Assembly: GCA_031411095.1 (NCBI GenBank)
Contig: JANOAK010000006.1
Coordinates: 11,342 to 75,341 of the forward strand
Source of the DNA: Flavobacteriales bacterium
GTDB taxonomy: Bacteria; Bacteroidota; Bacteroidia; Flavobacteriales_F; PHOS-HE28
Reading direction: 5' to 3'
DNA length: 64,000 nt
Below are positions 17,729 through 30,400 of the stretch, in pieces. A program made the translations under genes and the position numbers. Each line of letters begins with the position of its first letter. The stretch's first letter is position 1. The notes beneath the pieces were generated by a model, which was given only the letters and a program-made list of their open reading frames with translations, made no database searches and was not told where the DNA came from.

Positions 17729-18843
17729 CCGAACGTCACCTACATATCGTCAGCTTCGATGTACCCTGGCCGGCCAACTACGGCGGCGTGATCGACGTGT
17801 ACTACAAGGTGAAGGCCTTGCACGACCTGGGTGTGCGCGTGCACCTGCATTGCTTCGAGTACGGGCGCGGCCAGACCTTGGAGTTGGGCATGGTGTGTGA
17901 ATCGGTGCATTACTACGAGCGGCACACCGGTAAGCATCAACTGTTGAACAGCCTGCCTTACGTGGTAGTGAGCCGCCGCAGCGATGAACTGGTGGACCGC
18001 TTGTTGGAGGACCGGCATCCGATCCTGTTCGAAGGCCTGCATTCCTGCTTCCACCTGGGTGATGCGCGTCTCACCGGTCGAAAACGGATGGTGCGCACCC
18101 ACAACGTGGAGCACGAGTACTACGATGCCCTGGCCAAGGCGGAGCGTGGCGCATTCAAGCGCACCTACTTCGTGAACGAGGCCAAGAAGCTCAAGAAGTT
18201 CGAGCCTGTGCTGGCAGAGGCCCACCAGATCCTGGCGATCTCCCCGAACGACGTGCAGCATTTCGCGCGGCACTTCCGGCATGTGAAGCACATTCCCGCC
18301 TTCCACCCGAGCGAGAAGGTGGATGTGCCCGTTGGCCTGGGCGATTTCTGCCTGTACCACGGGGCGCTCAGCGTGCCGGAGAACGATCAGGCGGCCATGT
18401 GGCTGGTGAAGGAGGTCTTTGCTGGCCTGCCGATCCCGTTGGTGATCGCAGGCAGTGGGGCCAGCAGCGAATTGCGGACCGTTGTGGCGAAGAGCAACAA
18501 CGTGAAGCTGCGCGAGAACATTCCCACGGAGGAGATCACCGCATTGGTAAGGGCCGCCCAGGTGAACGTGCTACCCACCTTCCAAGCTACAGGCATCAAG
18601 CTGAAGTTGCTGCTCTGCTTGTTCCAGGGGCGACACGTGGTGTGCAACTCGCCCATGGTGAAAGAGACCGGATTGGAGGACCTTTGCCATGTGCACGATG
18701 ATCCGGAACGCATGCGCCTCAGCATCCAGGCCTGCATGGCCCAGCCAGCGGATGGTGCGATGATCGAGAAGCGGACCACCGTGCTGGAGCAACGCTTCAG
18801 CAACAAGCGCAACGCCGAGGCGATCATGAAGTTGCTGCGATGA
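17725..18843 (+). CDS. GT4-like glycosyltransferase (Bacteroidota mannosyltransferase-like)
   Basis: VSFDVPWPANYGGVIDVYYK, HNVEHEYY and TGIKLKLL motifs; TTG start overlaps the upstream stop. Confidence 0.8.
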   Translation: MTERHLHIVSFDVPWPANYGGVIDVYYKVKALHDLGVRVHLHCFEYGRGQTLELGMVCESVHYYERHTGKHQLLNSLPYVVVSRRSDELVDRLLEDRHPILFEGLHSCFHLGDARLTGRKRMVRTHNVEHEYYDALAKAERGAFKRTYFVNEAKKLKKFEPVLAEAHQILAISPNDVQHFARHFRHVKHIPAFHPSEKVDVPVGLGDFCLYHGALSVPENDQAAMWLVKEVFAGLPIPLVIAGSGASSELRTVVAKSNNVKLRENIPTEEITALVRAAQVNVLPTFQATGIKLKLLLCLFQGRHVVCNSPMVKETGLEDLCHVHDDPERMRLSIQACMAQPADGAMIEKRTTVLEQRFSNKRNAEAIMKLLR

Positions 18844-18882
18844 AGCGCACTCGGTACCGCGCTGAACCTGCTCTCCGGCGAT

Positions 18883-19311
18883 ACCGCAAAGAGCGCAAAG
18901 GGTCTGTCTGCCGGTCAGGCATGCGCGAAGAACGCTGATCCTCGAACGCTGGTAGTGTCCCGGTTTGAGGAGCGCGCCCTACACCAAAGGCGGGAGCAAC
19001 CCACTCCAATCTCTCTCGTGCTTCGGTTTTTTCATTTCCAGCACCGTGTAGATCACCGCATACACACAATATGCGGCCAGGAGAAGCAGTGGCCACATGT
19101 CCAAAAGCCAGGGAGCTATCCAGTCCATAAGGATGAGAAAGCCCAGGAAGCCCAGCATCCCCAAGAACCATGGGCGCAACCCAGGCCACACACCATCACT
19201 GCCAGTTCTCTTGCTGGCATTTGGTCGGGATCGGCGTGGCATTGTTCCGAGCTACTTCATCCGCCGATCACGCGCTGCAACTGCCTTTGCGTCCTTCGCG
19301 CACTTTCCGGT
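18883..19311. repeat. 9-nt periodic inverted-repeat element bracketing a small ORF
   Basis: Left arm CGCAAAGAG CGCAAAGGG [21-mer] CGCGAAGAA (18885-18938); right arm CTTTGCGTC CTTCGCGCA CTTTCCGGT (19285-19311). Confidence 0.6.
18979..19242 (-). CDS. Small hypothetical membrane protein (2 TM, Trp/Leu-rich)
   Basis: 87 aa with a basic N-terminus, two hydrophobic stretches and a basic C-terminus; same strand as, and downstream of, the ftsE-like gene. Confidence 0.5.
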   Translation of the reverse strand: MPRRSRPNASKRTGSDGVWPGLRPWFLGMLGFLGFLILMDWIAPWLLDMWPLLLLAAYCVYAVIYTVLEMKKPKHERDWSGLLPPLV

Positions 19312-19321
19312 AGACCATCCC

Positions 19322-20014
19322 TTACTGGGCAGCCGTAGCGCTCAGCTCCAGCAACTTGCCCTCCTCGCAGCGCACCACGCGGGCGTTCAGCTTCTTCATA
19401 TGCGTGTAGTCATGGGTGGCCATGATCACGCTGCTACCGCCCTGGCTGATGGTGAAGAGCAGGTCGAGGATCTCTTCGGTGGTCTCCGGATCCAGATTCC
19501 CCGTGGGCTCGTCGGCGATGATCAGCTCCGGATGGTTCACCAAGGCACGGGCGATGCTTACGCGTTGTTGCTCGCCACCGCTGAGCTCATGCGGCATCTT
19601 GTAGCCTTTGTTGCCCAGGCCCACCTGCACCAGGACCTCCTGCACGCGGTCGTCGATGGCCTTGGCCTCCTTCCACCCGGTGCTCTTCATCACGAACACC
19701 AGGTTGTCGTTCACATTGCGGTCGCTCAACAACTGGAAGTCCTGGAACACGATGCCCAGCTTGCGACGCAGAAAGGGGACCTCCTTGCGCTTCAGCTTCC
19801 GCAGGTCGAACCCGCAAACATGTCCTTCGCCGTGCGTGAGCGGCAGATCGCCGTACAGCGTGCGCATCAGGCTGCTCTTTCCACTGCCCGTGCGGCCGAT
19901 GAGGTAGAGGAACTCCCCCTTGTGCACCGTGAAGTCCACATTGTTCAGCACCAGGTTCTCCCGCTGAAAGATCCGGACGTCGTTGAGCTCGATGATGGGT
20001 GAGGTGCTGGTCAT
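19322..20014 (-). CDS. ftsE: FtsE-like ABC ATP-binding protein
   Basis: Walker A GRTGSGKS; LRRKLGIVFQDFQLL; LSGGEQQRV; ADEPTGNLDP; MATHD. Confidence 0.8.
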   Translation of the reverse strand: MTSTSPIIELNDVRIFQRENLVLNNVDFTVHKGEFLYLIGRTGSGKSSLMRTLYGDLPLTHGEGHVCGFDLRKLKRKEVPFLRRKLGIVFQDFQLLSDRNVNDNLVFVMKSTGWKEAKAIDDRVQEVLVQVGLGNKGYKMPHELSGGEQQRVSIARALVNHPELIIADEPTGNLDPETTEEILDLLFTISQGGSSVIMATHDYTHMKKLNARVVRCEEGKLLELSATAAQ

Positions 20015-20035
20015 GGTCGGGGAATTGCTTTTCTG

Positions 20036-20124
20036 GGCTTCAGGTCACAGGTTCAGGCCGCAGGTTCTTGACCTTTAAAGCCTGTGGCCTGAGGCTTGCG
20101 GCCTGGAGCGAGCGAAGGCCTGTG
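20036..20124. repeat. 7-nt periodic inverted-repeat element (empty)
   Basis: GGCTTCA GGTCACA GGTTCA GGCCGCA ... AGCCTGT GGCCTGA GGCTTGC GGCCTGG around a core of about 12 nt. Confidence 0.55.
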
Positions 20125-20274
20125 GGCAGACCGACGCCAAAGGAAGAAATTCGGAAGGGCACTTCGACGTTGTAGTTGGCAGAATGATCGCCTTCACGTG
20201 AACACCCCCGCGTGGATAAGTACACCTGCGAACGACCGAAGCCCCCCGACCGTCCCGGCAACTTTGATCCCCTG

Positions 20275-23200
20275 ATGATGCACCTTTCCCAAGCTGTCCC
20301 CCTGCGCTTCCTGGCCGCGTTGGGGTTCGCTGCCTTGTTGCTGCCAGCAGCAGCGCAACGACCGGCGCACTACGAGCATGCCGATGCCGACCTCGTAAGG
20401 GCGCATGAGCTCTTCGATATGGGCAAATACGGCGCTGCCCAATACACCTGCGACCGTGTGGTGGAGCGGATCCGCGATGTGAACGACCCCGGCCGGACCG
20501 AGGCGGAATTCTACAGTGCCATCTGCGCCGTGCGCCTGTATCACAACGATGCCAGCAACCGCCTCCTCGGGTTCATTGACAAACACCCCGAGAGCTTCCG
20601 TGTGCCCGCGATCAACCTCGAGCTCTTCCGCCACTACTTCAACCAGAAGCGGTGGGACGATGCGCTGGCCTATGCCGCCAAGGTGGACGCCAACGCGTTC
20701 GGTGAAACCGATCGCGAGGAGTTCCACTTCAAGCGTGGCTATGCCCATTTCCAGCAGGACCACTATGATCCGGCCCTGGCCGACTTCTCCAAGGTGAAGG
20801 ACGGCCCCGGCCCCTACGCCACATCCGCCACGTACTACACTGCTCACATCCACTACACCCGGAAGAACTACGAGACGGCCTTGGCGGGATTTGAGAAGCT
20901 GAAGAGCGACGAAGCCTTCGGTCGCGTGGTACCCTATTACATCGCGCAGATCCAATTCCTGCAAGGCCATTACGATGCGTTGCTGGAATACACCAAGCCG
21001 CTGCTGGCCGACCCCGACGGCACCAAGCGTACCGGCGACATCAACCGGCTGGCGGGCGAGGCCTATTACCGCACCGGACAGTACAAGGAAGCGCAACCCT
21101 ACCTGGAGAAGAGCGTGCAGCGCGGTGGCCTGGAGCGCGGCGACCGGTACATCGCGGGATATGTCTTCTACAAGAACGGCGAGTACAAGAAGGCGCTTGA
21201 TCAGTTCAACCTGGTGGCGAGCCGGGGGAACCAGCCGGTGGAGGACAGCCTGGCCCAGCTTGCAGCTTACCACATGGCCGACTGCTACCTGCAGTTGAAC
21301 GAGAAGAACTACGCTCGCACAGCCTTCAAACGCGCCTACGACCTGGGCAAGGACCCCCATGTCACCGAGGATGCGCTCTTCAACTATGCCAAGCTGGCCT
21401 ATGAACTGAGCTTCGATCCGTACAACGAGGCCATCATGGCCCTGCGCGACTATCTCAAGGCCTTCCCGAACTCACCCCGGCATGATGAGGCGCAGCAGTT
21501 CCTGCTCAACGTGTTCCTGAAGACGAAGAACTATGAATCGGCCCTGGAAGCGCTGGATGCGATCAAGAGCAAGGATATCCAGCTCCAGGAGGTGTATCAG
21601 GAACTGGCGTTCAACCGTGGTGTGGAGCTGTACGAGGGCCGCAAGTTCAAGGACGCGGCGCTCTTCTTCGAGAAGGCCCTGAAATTCCCCGTGGACAAGA
21701 CCACCAATGCCAAGGCGCACTTCTGGCAGGGCGAGAGCTACTACGCGCAGGAGGAGTATGCCGAAGCCCTCAAGAAGTATGATGACCTGCGCAACAGCAG
21801 TGGAGCCTATGCCACCGAGCTGTACGAAGAGGCCAGCTACAGCATGGGGTATGCTTACTTCCGGCTGAAGCAATACGACGAGGCGGCCACGTCCTTGCGG
21901 CGTTTCGTGGGTGCCAGCAACGTCAACAATGACCAGAAGGCCGATGCCTTGGTGCGTATCGGTGACTGCTACTTCGTGAACAAGGATGAGCCCATGGCGA
22001 TCAAGTGGTACGATGATGCCATGGCCGCAGGCACTCCCGCCCGTGACTATGCGCTGTACCAGAAAGGCGTGTGCCAGGGCCTCGAGAAGCAGTACGATGC
22101 GAAGATCGCAACGCTGAAGAAGCTGCTGGATGAGAAGCCGAACAGCCAGTATGCGGCGGATGCCAAGTTCCAACTGGCCGAGACCTACATCAACCAGGAG
22201 AAGGATGAGCAGGCGCTGAAGTACTACACGCAGGTGATCGAGCAGCACCCCAACTGTCCGCACATGCAGAAGAGCATGCTGCAGTCCGCGCTGATCCATC
22301 GTCGACTAGGCCAGGTGGACAAGGCCATCGCCGAGTTCAAGGCCGTGATCACGAAGTATCCCACCGTGGACGGAAGCCGCGAAGCGCTCGCCGGATTGGA
22401 GAGCATCTACGTGGACCAGGGCAAGGTGGCCGAGTACGAGACCTACGTCCGTTCGCTCGCCTTCGTCGACCCCAGCACCCTCGACCTCGACGAGAAATAT
22501 TACCGCAGTGCGGAGCAGCTGTACAACGCCGAGAATTGCGATGCCGCGGTGGGCGCGTTCCAGGACTACCTGTCGAAGTATCCGCGCGGTGCCTTCACCC
22601 TGAACGCCACGTTCTTCAGTGCCGACTGTCTCTACCGTGCGAAGAAGGATGCGGAGGCCCTGCCGAAGTTCGAAGAGGTGATCGCGCGGGATGCCGGACA
22701 GTTCATCGAGGCATCACTCTTCGCGGCAAGCGACATCCTGTACCGCGACGAACGTTGGGAAGGTGCCTTGGTGCGCTTCGAACAACTGGAGGCCCGTGCT
22801 GCCGCGCCACAGAACGTGCTCGCCGGTCAGGTGGGCCAGATGCGCTGCCTGAAGAACCTGGAACGCACCGATGATGCCGGCAAGGCAGCGGACAAGGTGC
22901 TGAAGAACCCCGATGCGAACGCCGACCTCAAGCTGGAGGCGGGCCTGGTGGCCGCGATCGGCGCCTTGGCGCGGAATGAACTGGATGTGGCCTACACCAA
23001 GTTCAAGGCGGTGGCCAAGGACAGCAAGAGCGCCACCGGTGCAGAGGCCAAGTACAACATGGCGTACATCAAGCACCTGCAGAAGAAGTACAGCGAGGCC
23101 GAGAGCGAGGTGTTCGACCTGGCCAAGAAGTTCGCCAGCTACGACTATTGGAAGGCCAAGGGCTTCATCCTGCTGGGTGATGTGTACGTGCAGCTCGACG

Positions 23201-23373
23201 ACCGCTTTCAGGCGAAGACCACATTGCAGAGCGTGATCGAGCACTGCACCTATCCTGAACTGGTGGAAGAGGCCCGCCGACGGCTGGCCATCATTGAGCA
23301 AAGCGAGGTGCAACAATGCGCACCCGAAGGACAACAACCCGAGATCCCGATGCCCGGTGGTGGCAACAAATGA
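20275..23373 (+). CDS. Large periplasmic tetratricopeptide-repeat protein
   Basis: Signal peptide (AAA-Q) followed by about 1000 aa of continuous TPR-like helical repeats; ATG 20275/20278. Confidence 0.85.
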   Translation: MMHLSQAVPLRFLAALGFAALLLPAAAQRPAHYEHADADLVRAHELFDMGKYGAAQYTCDRVVERIRDVNDPGRTEAEFYSAICAVRLYHNDASNRLLGFIDKHPESFRVPAINLELFRHYFNQKRWDDALAYAAKVDANAFGETDREEFHFKRGYAHFQQDHYDPALADFSKVKDGPGPYATSATYYTAHIHYTRKNYETALAGFEKLKSDEAFGRVVPYYIAQIQFLQGHYDALLEYTKPLLADPDGTKRTGDINRLAGEAYYRTGQYKEAQPYLEKSVQRGGLERGDRYIAGYVFYKNGEYKKALDQFNLVASRGNQPVEDSLAQLAAYHMADCYLQLNEKNYARTAFKRAYDLGKDPHVTEDALFNYAKLAYELSFDPYNEAIMALRDYLKAFPNSPRHDEAQQFLLNVFLKTKNYESALEALDAIKSKDIQLQEVYQELAFNRGVELYEGRKFKDAALFFEKALKFPVDKTTNAKAHFWQGESYYAQEEYAEALKKYDDLRNSSGAYATELYEEASYSMGYAYFRLKQYDEAATSLRRFVGASNVNNDQKADALVRIGDCYFVNKDEPMAIKWYDDAMAAGTPARDYALYQKGVCQGLEKQYDAKIATLKKLLDEKPNSQYAADAKFQLAETYINQEKDEQALKYYTQVIEQHPNCPHMQKSMLQSALIHRRLGQVDKAIAEFKAVITKYPTVDGSREALAGLESIYVDQGKVAEYETYVRSLAFVDPSTLDLDEKYYRSAEQLYNAENCDAAVGAFQDYLSKYPRGAFTLNATFFSADCLYRAKKDAEALPKFEEVIARDAGQFIEASLFAASDILYRDERWEGALVRFEQLEARAAAPQNVLAGQVGQMRCLKNLERTDDAGKAADKVLKNPDANADLKLEAGLVAAIGALARNELDVAYTKFKAVAKDSKSATGAEAKYNMAYIKHLQKKYSEAESEVFDLAKKFASYDYWKAKGFILLGDVYVQLDDRFQAKTTLQSVIEHCTYPELVEEARRRLAIIEQSEVQQCAPEGQQPEIPMPGGGNK

Positions 23374-25106
23374 GCGCGATGAAGAAGCACAGCCTCCTCC
23401 TTTTCCTCGTGGCGCTCGTTGCCTTAGGCGCCTCCGCGCAGACCGAAGGCAACACGCCCGGCGGTGAGTACTACATCAACAGCGTGTACAACCCGGTGAT
23501 CGGCTTCGTGCAGAAGATCGACATGCGGCCCGAGAGCATCGATACTGTGCTTCCGGTAACGCCCATGACCTATGCCATGCTTCCAGTGAAGGCCGATGTG
23601 CCGGCCCGCGTGGACAGTATCGAGGCCGCCAAGCTGAACATCCAACTGGCGCAGCAGAAACTGTACAAGGGCTTTGTGAAGGCCGGCTTCGGCCTCTACA
23701 CCACGCCCCTGTTCGAGCTGTACTACGACCAGGCCCGCAGCCGCAAGAACGCCTATGGCCTTCATTATCGCCATCTGAGCAGCAATGGCGGCATCAGCGA
23801 TGTGGGCCCAAGCGATTACAGCTACAACAATGTGGACGGTTACTACAGCGCCTACCTCGCGCATCATGAGGTGGGAGCCCGCTTCATGTACGACCGCCGA
23901 CGTGTGAGCTACTATGGATATGAACTGACGGACAGCCTGAACAACCTGCAGCAACTGCATGCCCCGCCGGATGACGCCGTCAAACAGATCTACAACGACA
24001 TCGGCTTCGCTTTTCGCGTGAAGAGCCTGTACAAGGACAGCACCAAGCTGGCGCACAACGTGGGCCTGGAGGTGCACACCTATGGCAATCTATCGGGTAG
24101 CCGGGAGACCAACCTGAAGCTCGATGCCGAGCTGGGCATGGCGATGGGCACGGAGACCTACGGTGGTCACATCCTGATCGACAACAACGCCTACCGCGCC
24201 GTGTTCGGTGCAGGGATCGATGATGCGCGCATCAACGGCACCCTGCTGGGCCTCGAGCCCTTCGTGAGCACCAAAGGGGATAAGTACACTGTACGGGTGG
24301 GGGCCGGCATGTTCCTCGATTCACAAGGCAAGACCACCTTCCACTTCTTCCCGCAGGCCTATCTGGACTATAGCCTCTTCGACGACATCCTGGTACCCTA
24401 TGTGGGCGTGGACGGCCATCGGATCCGGAACAGCTTCCGCAGCCTTACGCAACAGAACCCCTGGCTCGGCGGCGCCCCGAACATCGCGAACAGCAGTCTG
24501 ATGTACGATATCTATGGAGGTCTTCGCGGAAGCTTCAGCAACGACATCGGCTTCGATGTGCGCATCAGCAACAGCCGCATGAAGGCGCGGCCGCTGTTCA
24601 TCAGTACGCCGTACATGGTGGACAGCATCACGTATGGCGGTCGTTTCGGCATCGTTTACGACCAGGTGGATCAGTTGGACCTCAGCGGAGAGTTGATCTA
24701 CAGCCACGATGAGCACCTGGACATCACCGGTCGCATCGATGTGTTCACCTACACCACCGACCGTCAGGCCGAGGCGTGGAACCTGCCCCCGTATCAATTG
24801 TCCCTAGGCGCCCGCTATGACTTCCGGGACAAGATCCTGCTCAAGCTCGAACTACAGTTCCTTGGACCGCGCAAAGCAGGATACCTCAGCGATCCCGCCG
24901 GCCAGGAGACCTTTGTCGAGGTATCCCCAACGACCAAGGACCTGGACGGGTACCTGGACATGCATTTGGGCCTCGAGTACCGGTACACCAAGCGCCTCAG
25001 CGTGTTCCTGGACGCCAGTAACCTGAGTGCGAGCAAGTATGAGCGCTGGTACGGTTACCCGGTCCAACGCGCCCTGGTCCTTGGCGGTGCCACATTCGCC
25101 TTCTGA
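23370..25106 (+). CDS. Outer-membrane beta-barrel (TonB-dependent-receptor-like, no obvious plug)
   Basis: Signal peptide, amphipathic beta strands and C-terminal beta-signal ...LGGATFAF; ATGA overlap with the TPR gene. Confidence 0.75.
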   Translation: MSAMKKHSLLLFLVALVALGASAQTEGNTPGGEYYINSVYNPVIGFVQKIDMRPESIDTVLPVTPMTYAMLPVKADVPARVDSIEAAKLNIQLAQQKLYKGFVKAGFGLYTTPLFELYYDQARSRKNAYGLHYRHLSSNGGISDVGPSDYSYNNVDGYYSAYLAHHEVGARFMYDRRRVSYYGYELTDSLNNLQQLHAPPDDAVKQIYNDIGFAFRVKSLYKDSTKLAHNVGLEVHTYGNLSGSRETNLKLDAELGMAMGTETYGGHILIDNNAYRAVFGAGIDDARINGTLLGLEPFVSTKGDKYTVRVGAGMFLDSQGKTTFHFFPQAYLDYSLFDDILVPYVGVDGHRIRNSFRSLTQQNPWLGGAPNIANSSLMYDIYGGLRGSFSNDIGFDVRISNSRMKARPLFISTPYMVDSITYGGRFGIVYDQVDQLDLSGELIYSHDEHLDITGRIDVFTYTTDRQAEAWNLPPYQLSLGARYDFRDKILLKLELQFLGPRKAGYLSDPAGQETFVEVSPTTKDLDGYLDMHLGLEYRYTKRLSVFLDASNLSASKYERWYGYPVQRALVLGGATFAF

Positions 25107-25272
25107 GGCCGCTTCGGGCCGCTACAGCCGGGTCTTCCACGGGCTTTTGTGAGTCTTGGTCACGAGGTAGCACGATCCTTTCCCCCACCCTGATCAGGGT
25201 ACTGGGGGATGCCCTGTAAACATACCCATCCGCGCAAACGTTAATTATCAACAAAGGCCGCGTCCCTGTTGA

Positions 25273-27330
<2,058 letters not shown>

Positions 27331-27351
27331 TCCCAAACCTTTTACAACGCG

Positions 27352-27383
27352 AAAGCCCCCCGACTTGTCGGGGGGCTTTGTTT
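27352..27383. terminator. Bidirectional intrinsic terminator between gyrB and the giant adhesin gene
   Basis: AAAGCCCCCCGAC-TT-GTCGGGGGGCTTT hairpin followed by GTTT. Confidence 0.8.
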
Positions 27384-27400
27384 CATGCTGTGCCGTGAGA

Positions 27401-30400
27401 TCACCTCACCACCGTCACATGTCCGATGCGATCGTATACCTCCTTGGTGATGATATCGCGGCAATGCATCTTCCACACATACACGTCCTCCGGAACATCC
27501 ACGCTGTTGAGCTTGGCATTCCACTTTTCGTGGATCGTGGTGCTTTCGAAGATCAGCAGGCCCCAACGGTCGAAGATCATGAACGTGTAATCCGCCGCAA
27601 GCGCCGGGTCATTGAGGATGGGGCAGAAGCCTTCGTTGAGGCCATCCCCGTTCGGGGTGAAGGCATTCGGAACGTTCACGAAAAGCTCATCGAGCACCAC
27701 CACAGGGTGACACACCGTGTCCATGCATCCATTGCTGTTGATCGCCGTGAGGCAGACGGAGTAAGTTCCGCCTAACACATCCGGGAAGATGAAGGATGGG
27801 TTGCCCTCTGTGCTGCTTCCAAGCCCTGCGAAGTTCCACATGAAGGTCTCGGCGTTCGCCGTTTGGTTGGTGAAGACCACCAAGGGATGCGAGACGCTGG
27901 TGGTATCGGGTGAAGCGTAGAAAGCCGCCAACACGGGATCAGGGCTCATGACCGTGGCGGGCGCGCTGGCCATGCATCCATTCGCATCCTGCATCATCAC
28001 GGTGTAGTCGCCAGCGCATAATTGGCCGAGCGTCGGACCGATCGACCACGTGGCACCCCCATCAATGCTGAACAACACTCCCTCGGCATCCGTGACGGTC
28101 ACCGATCCATCACAGCTGCTGATGCAATTCTCGTCCGTCGCGGTCAATGCATTGATCACCAGCGGGGGAGGTTCGTTGATGACGTAGGTGGCGATTCCCG
28201 TACATCCACCGGCATCTGTAACGGTGACCGTGTATTCCCCGGCGCATAGGCCTGAAGCACTCATGGCCGTGTTGCCTGCGGCATTGGCGCTCCACAGCAT
28301 GGTGTAGGTCGGTGTTCCTCCCACGATGCTCAGGGCAGCCGTGCCGTCGCAGGCATCCTGGCACACCGCATCGGCTGCAGCAACCGTGGCGTTGATCGGA
28401 TCACCCACGATCACGTCCACCTGGGCTTGATCATTTCCGCAAGGTGCTGTTCCTTGTACCGTGTATATGTAGATCCCTTCATCGTCGGTGGCCGGATCCA
28501 TCGTTCCGCTACTGGCCGCGCCGTTCGGGTCGGTCCAGCTGCCGCCCGTTCCCGGGTTGTTGCTCAATGCGGTGAACAGGTCCACAGCCGGTGCATTGAA
28601 GCAAAGGATCACCTGGCCGTCACCACCTGCATTGGGCGGCTGTATGACCGTAACGTTCACCGAAGCGATCGCTGCAGGGCAAGGCGCGGCACCTTGAACG
28701 GTGTATACATAGGACCCTGCACCATCGATGCCAGGGGTAAATGTGCCCGTGTGTGCAGCGCCGCCGGGTGCGGTCCACGTTCCGCCCGCTTCCGGAGAGC
28801 CGGTGAGGACCGTGAACAGTTCGAAGGGATCGGAGGTGGCACAAAGCGTGTTCGCTCCGTCCGCACCGGCATCAGGTGGCGCAACCACCGTTACGGTCAC
28901 CGTGCTGCTGGTGTCCAGGCATGGCGCCGGTGCGTCGAGCAAATAGGTGTACACGCCGCCGGCCATCACGCCAGGATCGAAGATGCCGTTCGTGATGGTA
29001 CTGGGTCCGCTCCACGTTCCGCCTTCATCGGGATCACCTTCCAGGAGGCTGAAAAGGTCGTGGTCATTATCGCTCTGGCAGAGGGTGAGCGCTCCGCTTT
29101 CTCCCGGATCGGTAACATCCACCACGTCGATCGACACCAACACGCTATCCGCCGGACAAGGCCAATCGCCCGCCACGATGTACGTGAATGTTCCCGACTG
29201 GTCTGCGCCGGGAACGAAGCTTCCGCTGAACGGAGCTCCATTCGCATCGATCCATGTGCCACCTGGCTGCGGATCTCCGGTGATGTACGTGTTCAGCTGG
29301 GCCGTGGGCGAACTGATACACAGCAACGCATTCCCGTCGAGCCCGGCATTGGGCGGTGCGGTCAACGCGATCGTGACCGTACTGCTCACGCTCACGCACG
29401 GAGGCGGCACATCGATGAGGTAAGTATAGATTCCGGGGCTCATCGAACCCGGATCGAAAAGGCCACCGGTGATCGTGCTCGGGCCGCTCCAAGTACCTCC
29501 CACGTCCGGCGTTCCGCCGAGTTGAGCGAACAGGTCGAGAGGAGCATCGCCGAGGCATAAGGTGTTCGCACTGCTGGTACCCGGATCCGGGTTGCTCATT
29601 ACGTTCATGGTGACCACCGCGCTGGCCGAGGGGCAGGGCGCTGTTCCGATCACGGTATACGTGTAGTCACCGGAAGGTTCCGTCGAAGGGTTGAACAACG
29701 GGCCGTGAGGTTGTCCCAACGGATCCGTCCATGAACCGCCCAGTGCCGGTGTGCCACCCAGTTGCAGGAACAGGGCGGATGCCGGGGAAGAGATGCACAA
29801 GGTCAATGTTCCATCACTCCCTGCATCGGGCGGGTTCATGAGCGTGACCACGACATGGCTGCTCGCACTGGGGCAGGGTGCGGGTGCATCGATGCTGTAC
29901 GTGTAATCGCCAGCGAGCATCGTGGCCGGATCGAAGGCCCCGTTGATAATTGGGCTCGGTCCGCTCCAGGTACCACCCGCGTCCGGCGTGCCGTTCAGCT
30001 GTGTGAACAGGTCCGCTGCAGTTGCACTGGTGCACAAGGTCACAGCACCATCGATCCCGGCATCAGGCGAACTGACCACCGTGACGGACACGATCGACGA
30101 GGCGCTTGGGCACGGTGCTGTGCTGAGGACGGTGTACGCATAATCGCCGGCGGCATCGATGCTGGGGTCGAAGAGGCCTGCATGCGACGCGCCGAGGTAG
30201 TTCCACGTGCCGCCGATCGCCGGCGTGCCACCCAGTTGGTAGAACAGGTCGATCGGTGTCCCGCTGATGCAGGCCACCACGTTGCCGTTCGTCCCCGGAT
30301 CCGGTGGATCATTCACCGAAACGATGACGTCTGCGCTCTGCGCTGGGCAAGGGGCCGTGCTTGCAACGGTGTAAGTGAAGGTCCCGGCAAGGTCAACGCT

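Noticed and set aside
19097-20002. 301-aa plus-strand ORF opposite ftsE (and similar ORFs opposite gyrB, murB, prfA and purM)
   Set aside because: Antisense shadows of conserved genes.
20213-25253. DnaA-box-like 9-mers (near 20213 and 25245; also near 46273 and 54371) suggesting oriC near gyrB
   Set aside because: Isolated, mostly mismatched boxes, one inside a CDS; no cluster, no AT-rich unwinding element and no dnaA.
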